From the NCBI GenBank assembly GCA_963807995.1, contig CAWEDX010000007.1, forward strand, positions 132,679-196,678: DNA of 64,000 nt, in the 5' to 3' direction. The notes under the pieces are model-generated. The model worked only from the letters and a program-made list of their open reading frames with translations, was not told the origin of the DNA and ran no database searches. Of this stretch, positions 57,195 to 64,000 are shown piece by piece. Origin of the DNA: an uncultured Gammaproteobacteria bacterium. GTDB lineage: Bacteria; Pseudomonadota; Gammaproteobacteria; Steroidobacterales; GCA-2729495. Positions within the stretch are counted from its first letter, which is position 1. Each line of letters starts with the position of its first letter. The position numbers and the translations under genes are program-made.

Positions 57195-57470
57195 TCAGGC
57201 GTCGTCGGCGGCGGCATCATCGTCGTCGCCGCGGCGCTCTTCCTGCCTGCAGTCACGATTGTCGCCGCCAAGGCGCCCTTCTTCTTTGCGACAGTCCTGG
57301 CGACCTTCGCGGTCATCACCACGATCTTCACGGCGATCCTTACCCCGTGTGTCGGCGACGAGTAAATCGCCGGCGGCAAAGCTGGTCGGCTCATTGCCAG
57401 TAGCAAGGTCCGCGCTGGCGGCACAACTCGCTAACCCCAATATCACGGCAACACTAAGTCTTATTTTCAT
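57195..57470 (-). CDS. small Asp/Arg/Glu-rich lipoprotein, unknown family
   Basis: RBS GGGAGAG. Signal plus lipobox VAVILGLASC. The mature part contains an internal repeat RQDCRKEEGR / NRDCRQEERR and an acidic tail GDDDDAAADDA. Confidence 0.55.
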   Translation of the reverse strand: MKIRLSVAVILGLASCAASADLATGNEPTSFAAGDLLVADTRGKDRREDRGDDREGRQDCRKEEGRLGGDNRDCRQEERRGDDDDAAADDA

Positions 57471-57662
57471 TCGAGCTCTCCCGACAGGATCTGCAAAAGA
57501 CGCAATTCTTTACTCAACACTACGCCAGAAGGGCGCGTTTGTAACAAAGCCTGGTTGAGATTCGCCACTTTTCGCCTGCTGTCCGGCCACAGTTTTAGTG
57601 GCGGGCCAACCTGGCGGCGTTGAGAGCCGGAATCGCAGCGCATTTAAAGACGCTGCCCAGGC

Positions 57663-57926
57663 TCATCGCGCGGTATTGCAAACCAGGCGGTGCCCCGGGG
57701 CGGCGGCAGTGACCTGCTCGTCACGCCAGGCGACGACACCGTTGACCAGGGTGGTGACGATGCGCGAGCGGGAGCGGAAGCCGTCGAAGGGCGTCCAGGC
57801 GCATTTGGCCAGGGCCCTGGCGTCGCTGGCCTCGGTGGGGTGATCGAGATCCAACATCACAAGGTCGGCCCAGTAGCCTTCGCGCAGGTCACCTTTGCTG
57901 ACGCTACCCTCGTTACCGAGCCGCGC
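57663..57926 (-). pseudogene. C-terminal remnant of a cyclic amidohydrolase (dihydroorotase/allantoinase-like)
   Basis: The open frame ARLGNEGSVSKGDLREGYWADLVMLDLDHPTEASDARALAKCAWTPFDGFRSRSRIVTTLVNGVVAWRDEQ is typical of the last ~90 aa of about 430-aa amidohydrolases. An in-frame TAG lies at 57927-57929, and no upstream coding sequence exists in any frame. Confidence 0.6.
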
Positions 57927-58038
57927 CTATTTAACAATGTGTGAACCTTCGGTCGTCCTGGATCCGACCCCCGCAGTGGAACGAAAATCGCTATCAGTAC
58001 TCAGTATAGAGGACGCCCGGCGCCACGCCGGCCGAGCT

Positions 58039-58047
58039 TGTTAGAAT
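58039..58047 (+). promoter_or_regulatory. putative extended -10 element (TGtTAGAAT)
   Basis: TGTTAGAAT lies 35 nt upstream of the M16 peptidase ATG. Same hexamer as at 15071-15076. Confidence 0.3.
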
Positions 58048-58081
58048 CCCGCGACTCGCCCCTGCCCCATCCGGAGCCCTT

Positions 58082-60841
58082 ATGACCCAGTTACGCCAGC
58101 CTGCCCTGACCTCCCTGCTTGCGGGCCTTGCCTGTCTGCTGCTGCAGCCGGCCACAGCGGAGGTGGAGATTGCCTACCAGATGCGCAAGCTGGATAACGG
58201 CCTGACAGTGATCGTGCACGAGGACCGCAAGGCCCCGGTTGTCGCGGTAAATGTCTGGTATCACGTGGGCTCGAAGAATGAATCACCCGGGCGTACGGGC
58301 TTTGCCCACCTGTTTGAGCACCTGATGTTCCAGGGTTCGGAAAACTTCCAGGGTGAGTACCTGAACTACGTGCAGGAAATCGGCGCTACGGACCTGAACG
58401 GCACCACCTGGTTCGACCGCACCAACTATTTCCAGACGGTGCCCAAGAGCGCCCTGGATGCTGTGTTATGGCTGGAATCCGATCGCATGGGCCATTTTGC
58501 CGGCGCCATCAGCCAGGCCGTGCTCGATGAGCAGCGCGGCGTCGTGCAGAACGAGAAGCGACAGGGCGATAACCAGCCTTACGGAAAGGTCTGGGAAGTG
58601 ATGCTGCCGCAGCTGTTCCCCGATCGTCATCCTTACTCCTGGGACACCATCGGCTCGATGGACGACCTGGACGCGGCCACGGTAGAGGACGTTAAGACCT
58701 GGTTCGAAACCTGGTACGGCCCGAACAATGCGGTGCTGGTACTGGCCGGCGATATTGATGCGGAAGAGGCCTTTCAGCGTGCCGAGAAATTTTTTGGCGA
58801 CATTGAGCCTGGACCACCGCTGACCCGTCCGCAGCGCTGGATTCCGCGTCACGATGCCGAACGCCGCGTCAGCATGACCGACCGCGTTCCACAGGCACGC
58901 ATTTACATGGCCTGGACCGGCCCGGCCTGGGGCACACCGGAAGCCACGAAGCTGGCGCTGACTGCGGCAATTCTTGGCGGTGACAAAAACTCGCGCCTGT
59001 ATGAAAGGTTGGTTTACACCGACCAGATCGCCAGCGATGCCAGCCTTGCACCAATGCCGTTCGAAATTGCCGGCGTGACCTACGTGGCCGCCACGGCCCA
59101 GCCCGGCGGCGACCTGGCTGCCGTTGAAGCGGCGCTGCGCGAAGAACTCGCCCGCTTTGCCGACAAGGGACCCACGCGCAAAGAACTGGAACGGGCCACC
59201 ACCCAGGCGCGCGCGCAATTCTTGCGCGGCATCGAACGGGTCGGCGGCACCGGCGGCAAGTCGGGCGTGCTGGCGCGGAGCATGGTCTACGGTGGTAGTC
59301 CCGACGCCTATAAGAGCCAGCTCGAGTTACTGGACAAGGTGACGCCCGATGACCTGCGCCAGGTCGCGCGCGACTGGCTGGGCGACGGCGCGTTTGTGCT
59401 GGAAGTCCACCCCGAAGCGCCGCTGACGGCTGCTACGGCCGGGGTCGATCGCAGTGCCGGACCGCCGGCCGCAGGCGCCATGCCGGCGGTGAGCTTCCCC
59501 GACTTCAAGCGCTTCGAACTCAGCAACGGGCTCAAGGTGATCATCGCCGAACGCCATGACGTCCCGCTGGTGCAGGCCTCACTGGTCATTGATGCCGGTT
59601 ACGCCGCTGACCAGTTCGGGCGCCCCGGTACCTCGGGTCTGGCCATGGCGATGCTCGACGAAGGCACCAGCCGGCGCAGCTCACTGGAAATCTCAGAAGA
59701 CTTATCCCTGCTCGGCGCCAGTGTCGGCGGCGGTTCCGGCCTGGATACCTCCAGCGTGCAGCTGTCGGCATTGGCCGAAAAACTGGAACCGGCCCTGGAG
59801 ATATTTGCCGAGGTCGCTCTCGATCCGTCGTTCCCGCAACAGGAACTTGATCGCCTGCGCCGGATAAACCTGGCCAACATTCAGCAAGAGAAAAACCGGC
59901 CGCTGTCCATGGCGCTGCGGGTGTTACCCAAGCTGATGTATGGCGACGGACACCCCTACGGCCAGCCGCTCACCGGTTCAGGCACCGAGGCTGATCTCAA
60001 GGCCATGAGCCGCGAGGACCTGGTGAACTTCCACCAGACCTGGTTCCGGCCGAACCACGCCACGCTGGTGGTAGTGGGTGATGTCGACAGCGACGCGCTG
60101 CTGCCGCAGCTGGAAAAATTGTTCGGCGACTGGGAAGCCGGCGACATTCCGAACAAGCAACTCAGCCAGACCGACCAGAGCGGTGGCCGCGTGCTGTACC
60201 TGCTTGACCGACCCGGCGCGGAACAATCCGTGATTTTTACCGGCCAGCTGATTCCGCCGAAAAACAATCCTGACGAGCTGGCCATCCAGGCCATGAACGA
60301 CGTGCTCGGCGGCATGTCGGCGGCGCGCATCAACATGAACCTGCGCGAAGACAAGGGCTGGAGCTATGGCGCCTACAGTTTCATCCTTGACGCCCGCGGA
60401 CAACGGCCACTATTGGCTTATGCGCCGGTACAAACGGACAAGACCGCCGAGGCGGTGACCGAAATGCGCAACGAGTTTCGCAACATTCGTGCGGATAGTC
60501 CGCCGGCGCAGAGCGAACTGGATACGGTGATTCGCAGCAATACCTTGTCCTTGCCCGGGCGCTGGGAATCCGGCGGCAGCGTGCTGAGCAGCCTCGGTGA
60601 GATCGTGCGCTTCGACCTGCCGGATGATTATTGGTCAGGCTACGGCGAAAGCGTCGAGAACCTGAACCTGACCGACGTGCAACGCGTGGCGCGCGACCTG
60701 CTTGAGCCAGAGCAACTGTTCTGGGTAGTGGTCGGCGATCGCGCCGTGATCGGCAGCGAACTGGAGCAACTGGGCTTTGACGAGATCCGGCTGCTGGATG
60801 CCGACGGCAACCTGGTACCCGCACAACGCGCCGCGCAGTGA
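58082..60841 (+). CDS. M16 family zinc metallopeptidase (pitrilysin-like, two-module)
   Basis: Signal peptide. Inverted zinc motif HLFEHLMFQG in the first module. Second, inactive-type M16 module in the C-terminal half. Confidence 0.9.
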   Translation: MTQLRQPALTSLLAGLACLLLQPATAEVEIAYQMRKLDNGLTVIVHEDRKAPVVAVNVWYHVGSKNESPGRTGFAHLFEHLMFQGSENFQGEYLNYVQEIGATDLNGTTWFDRTNYFQTVPKSALDAVLWLESDRMGHFAGAISQAVLDEQRGVVQNEKRQGDNQPYGKVWEVMLPQLFPDRHPYSWDTIGSMDDLDAATVEDVKTWFETWYGPNNAVLVLAGDIDAEEAFQRAEKFFGDIEPGPPLTRPQRWIPRHDAERRVSMTDRVPQARIYMAWTGPAWGTPEATKLALTAAILGGDKNSRLYERLVYTDQIASDASLAPMPFEIAGVTYVAATAQPGGDLAAVEAALREELARFADKGPTRKELERATTQARAQFLRGIERVGGTGGKSGVLARSMVYGGSPDAYKSQLELLDKVTPDDLRQVARDWLGDGAFVLEVHPEAPLTAATAGVDRSAGPPAAGAMPAVSFPDFKRFELSNGLKVIIAERHDVPLVQASLVIDAGYAADQFGRPGTSGLAMAMLDEGTSRRSSLEISEDLSLLGASVGGGSGLDTSSVQLSALAEKLEPALEIFAEVALDPSFPQQELDRLRRINLANIQQEKNRPLSMALRVLPKLMYGDGHPYGQPLTGSGTEADLKAMSREDLVNFHQTWFRPNHATLVVVGDVDSDALLPQLEKLFGDWEAGDIPNKQLSQTDQSGGRVLYLLDRPGAEQSVIFTGQLIPPKNNPDELAIQAMNDVLGGMSAARINMNLREDKGWSYGAYSFILDARGQRPLLAYAPVQTDKTAEAVTEMRNEFRNIRADSPPAQSELDTVIRSNTLSLPGRWESGGSVLSSLGEIVRFDLPDDYWSGYGESVENLNLTDVQRVARDLLEPEQLFWVVVGDRAVIGSELEQLGFDEIRLLDADGNLVPAQRAAQ

Positions 60842-60892
60842 GTGTAACCACCGCTGACGGTCAGCGGACCGGCCCGCGCGAGTGCCTGCGTA

Positions 60893-62185
60893 ATGACTGA
60901 CCCCCAGCCGCGGCGCTTTTATTACGGCTGGACCATCTGCGGGGTCGCCGTAGCGACCTACTTTTTCACCAACGGCCTGACGCTGATGGTGCCGCAGAAC
61001 CTGTTTCCGCGATTGATGGAAACCTTCGACGCCACGGCCGGCGAAATCAGCCTGACCACGGCCATCTCGCTGGGGCTGGCGGCGCTGATGGCACCATTTG
61101 TCGGCGCGCTGGTGGACCGCGTCGGCGTGGTGCGGGTGATTCGCACCGGCCTGGTGATTATGGCGCTGTGTTTTAGCTGCTACCCCTTCGCCCGCTCGTT
61201 AACCGACCTGTACCTGATTCATGCCGGCCTGGCGCTGGGCCTGGTACTGGCCGGGCTGCTGGTCAACGTCGTGCTGCTATCCAACTGGTTCGTGCGCAAG
61301 CGCGGACTGGCCGTGGGTCTGCTGGCTGCCGCCTCAAGCCTGGCCGGCGCCAGCCTGCCGTTGATTATCTCGCCACTGGTTAACAACCCGGAGTACGGCT
61401 GGCGCTATGGCTACGGGGTGCTGGCCGTAGCCTTCTGGCTGTTCGCCGTAGTGCCGGGATTCGTACTGCTGAAAGAAAAACCGGCCGACCTCGACCTGTT
61501 TCCCGACGGCGACACGAAACCACCAGCGGGTATCGCCGGCGATTCCAGCGATGGCGTCAGTTTTGCGCGCGCCTTGCGCTCACCGGCACTGTATTGCCTG
61601 GGGCTTGGTTCGGCCTGTCTGTGGTTCGCGATCCAGGCCATGAACAGCCAGGCGACGATTTTTTTTGAACAGGAAGGCGGGCTGGCACCGGCCAGGGCCA
61701 CACTGTTATTCGCGGTAATCTTCTGGCTGAGTTTTGCCGGCAAGTTTGCCTTCGGGCTACTCAGTGATCGCCTGCCGAAGCGACGCGTGATGCTGCTTTC
61801 TGCCATCACCCTGCTGATCGGCTGCCTGCTGTTGTTTGAACCCGGCGGAGAGCGTGGTGTGCAGTTGACCACTTCGCTGCCCCGACTGAGCCTGTTTGCC
61901 GTGGTCTTCGGCCTGGGCTTCGGCGGCAGTTTCACCATGATCCAGCTGGTGGCGGTGGAAACCTTCGGCCAGCGATCCCTTGGCAAGATTCTCGGTGTCA
62001 TTACCCTGATCGACGCGCTGGGCGCAGCCGGCGGCACGATTCTGACCGGCCAGCTGAAAACCAGCACCGGCGGCTACCTGCTGCCCTTCGCGGTAGTCAC
62101 CGGGGTGGCGCTGCTCGCAGTGATTAATGTTTTCTTTATTCGGCCGGTAAAACCCGAGACCGAGATGGCGGCTGCACAGGGCTAA
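60893..62185 (+). CDS. MFS transporter
   Basis: 430 aa, about 12 hydrophobic segments, loop 2-3 motif-like GALVDRVGVVRVIRTG. Confidence 0.85.
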   Translation: MTDPQPRRFYYGWTICGVAVATYFFTNGLTLMVPQNLFPRLMETFDATAGEISLTTAISLGLAALMAPFVGALVDRVGVVRVIRTGLVIMALCFSCYPFARSLTDLYLIHAGLALGLVLAGLLVNVVLLSNWFVRKRGLAVGLLAAASSLAGASLPLIISPLVNNPEYGWRYGYGVLAVAFWLFAVVPGFVLLKEKPADLDLFPDGDTKPPAGIAGDSSDGVSFARALRSPALYCLGLGSACLWFAIQAMNSQATIFFEQEGGLAPARATLLFAVIFWLSFAGKFAFGLLSDRLPKRRVMLLSAITLLIGCLLLFEPGGERGVQLTTSLPRLSLFAVVFGLGFGGSFTMIQLVAVETFGQRSLGKILGVITLIDALGAAGGTILTGQLKTSTGGYLLPFAVVTGVALLAVINVFFIRPVKPETEMAAAQG

Positions 62186-62377
62186 CAGCCTTGCGCAGAA
62201 CGCTGCGCCAGGCCCTGCCAAAGCGGCCTGGCAGCAAGGCAGGCCAGCTCAAAGCGGCCTCACGCCTGCCGCACTGCCGGTGGGGCCGCAAGCCACCTTG
62301 CGCCGCCCGGCAGGGTATGCAAAATACCGCCCTCGCAGGCAGCCAAGCCGCGAGCAGCGCGACCCCGCAGCAGCGAG

Positions 62378-63322
62378 ATGAAAATCATGATCAAGGCCGA
62401 AGGCCTGACCAAGCAATATGGTTCACTGACCGCAGTGGATAACATCAGCTTTAAAGTCGAGTCCGGTGAAGTGCTCGGCTTTCTCGGCCCCAACGGTGCC
62501 GGCAAGACCACCACCATGCGCATGTTCGCCGGCTTCGTGCAGCCCACCGCCGGCGATGCCGAGATCTGCGGGCATTCCATCACCCGGGCGCCCACCGCGG
62601 CCAAGAGCCTGATCGGCTACCTGCCTGAAGGCGCCCCGGCCTATGGCGAAATGACGCCGCGCGAGTTCCTGGACTTTATCGCCGCGGTGCGCGGCCTTTC
62701 CGGCAGTGATCGCCGCAGCCGCCTGGACACCGTCATCGACCGACTGAATCTCGGCAAAGTGCTTGATCGCCGCATCGAAACTTTATCCAAAGGCTTCAAG
62801 CGACGGGTTGGCCTGGCGCAATCAATTCTCCATGATCCGCCGGTGCTTATCCTGGATGAGCCCACGGACGGTCTCGACCCGAACCAGAAACACGAAGTGC
62901 GCGAACTGATCGCCGACATGGCGGCCAACAAGATTATTGTGATTTCCACGCATATTCTCGAAGAAGTCGATGCCGTGTGTAACCGGGCGATCATCATTTC
63001 CGCCGGCAAGATCGTCGCCGACGAAACCCCGGAGACCCTGATCAACCGCTCGCGCTTCCATAACGCGGTAACGGTGCGTCTGGATCGTGAAGGCGACATT
63101 GAACAGGTTGCCGCAGCACTCGGCACGGTACCAGGCGTGGAGCACGTGGAGATTGAAGCCGATTCCCGCCGCGCCACGGCATTTCCGCAGGCCGAAGCGA
63201 TGATTCTTACTGCCATCGGCGATCTGGCAGCGGAGCAATCCTGGCCGCTGGAACAATTGCAGCTGGAGTCCGGTCGCCTGGACGAAGTATTTCGCTCCAT
63301 CACCGCGCCGGAGGCTGCCTGA
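62378..63322 (+). CDS. ABC transporter ATP-binding protein (ABC-2/GldA-like)
   Basis: GPNGAGKTTTMRM, LSKGFKRRVGLAQS, LILDEPTDGLDP. Confidence 0.9.
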   Translation: MKIMIKAEGLTKQYGSLTAVDNISFKVESGEVLGFLGPNGAGKTTTMRMFAGFVQPTAGDAEICGHSITRAPTAAKSLIGYLPEGAPAYGEMTPREFLDFIAAVRGLSGSDRRSRLDTVIDRLNLGKVLDRRIETLSKGFKRRVGLAQSILHDPPVLILDEPTDGLDPNQKHEVRELIADMAANKIIVISTHILEEVDAVCNRAIIISAGKIVADETPETLINRSRFHNAVTVRLDREGDIEQVAAALGTVPGVEHVEIEADSRRATAFPQAEAMILTAIGDLAAEQSWPLEQLQLESGRLDEVFRSITAPEAA

Positions 63323-64000
63323 TGCATAACATCCGCGTCATCGCCGCGCGCGAGCTTGCGTGCTTACTTCGCCACCCCGGTCGCTTATGTGTTCATGGTG
63401 ATATTCCTGGCCATGACCGGCGTGTTCACCTTCTACCTGGGCGGCTTCTACGAACGCGGCCAGGCAGACCTGCAGCCATTCTTTCGCTTCCATGCCTGGC
63501 TATACCTGTTCCTGGTGCCGGCCATCGCCATGCGGCTGTGGTCGGAGGAGCGCAAGTCCGGCAGCATAGAACTATTGATGACACTGCCGATAACGCCCTG
63601 GGAAGCGGTGCTGGGCAAGTTCCTGGCGGCCTGGGCCTTTACCGGGACCGCGCTGGCGCTGACCTTCCCCATGTGGCTGACGGTCAACTACCTGGGCGAC
63701 CCGGACAACGGCGTCATCCTGGCCGCCTACTTCGGCAGCCTGTTGATGGCCGGCGCTTTCCTGGCCATTGGCTCGTGCATCTCGGCGGCCAATCGCAACC
63801 AGGTGGTGGCCTTCATTATTACCGTGGTGATTTGTTTTGTATTCCTGCTCAGCGGCTTTCCGCTGGTGCTGGATTTCTTCTCCGGCGCGCCGCAGGCGAT
63901 TATCGACCTGGTGGCGGGTTTGAGTTTCCTCACTCACTTCAACGCGATCAGCAAGGGCGTGATCGATTTACGCGACCTGCTGTATTTCCTGCTGGTGATC
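63322..64000 (+). pseudogene. ABC-2 type transporter permease, frame disrupted after codon ~13; 3' end beyond the window
   Basis: ATG overlaps the ATPase stop (TGATG). MHNIRVIAARELA, then the convincing membrane protein sequence YFATPVAYVFMVIFLAMTGVFTFYLGGFYERGQADLQPFFRFHAWLYLFLVPAIAMRLWSEERKSGSIELLMTLPI... continues in the +1 frame from about 63365. Confidence 0.75.

Noticed and set aside
58466-59218. 250-aa minus-strand ORF
   Set aside because: It lies antisense to the M16 peptidase gene. Shadow ORF.
61411-62067. 218-aa minus-strand ORF
   Set aside because: It lies antisense to the MFS transporter gene. Shadow ORF with Ser/Pro/Arg-rich composition.
62641-63327. 228-aa minus-strand ORF
   Set aside because: It lies antisense to the ABC-2 ATPase gene, which has Walker A, signature and Walker B motifs.

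Overview
Visibly GC-rich, gene-dense chromosomal segment. The gene families suggest an environmental or marine gammaproteobacterium (MsrPQ, PA0069-type radical SAM gene behind an SOS box, TIGR04211-type SH3 protein, DUF3391-HD-GYP proteins); this taxonomic guess is inference only. I support about 60 protein-coding genes. They include two efflux systems (an RND pump plus adaptor, and an adaptor-ATPase-2xFtsX system), a TetR-linked ABC exporter, c-type cytochromes, and three c-di-GMP phosphodiesterase-type genes. Also present are a two-subunit molybdenum hydroxylase, methionine-sulfoxide repair genes (msrA, msrPQ), P-II, PBP4, a sigma-54 activator, a korAB 2-oxoacid:ferredoxin oxidoreductase operon, an M16 peptidase, an MFS transporter and an ABC-2 transporter. 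I found no rRNA, tRNA, CRISPR array, integrase, transposase, prophage or recognisable defence or toxin-antitoxin module, so this is mostly ordinary core-like chromosome. Six things deserve a second look. (1) A self-contained sigma-54 switch (PAS-PAS activator, triple operator repeat, -24/-12 promoter, strong terminator) whose only apparent output is a small secreted ORF of no family I recognise. (2) A hairpin-bearing repeat family present as a 4-unit tandem array at 49.1 kb and, in the opposite orientation, as a composite array at 36.0 kb; both sit at convergent gene junctions. (3) A sharply localised cluster of single-base frame disruptions across 48.9-55.4 kb that hits six adjacent, functionally unrelated genes. 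This is most simply assembly or sequencing error, and it matters for any annotation of this locus. (4) A canonical LexA box abutting the start codon of the radical SAM gene. (5) A carbon-nitrogen hydrolase homologue whose catalytic Lys and Cys positions read Arg and Ser. (6) A truncated amidohydrolase remnant marking a breakpoint. All product calls come from reading motifs by eye. No database search was run.
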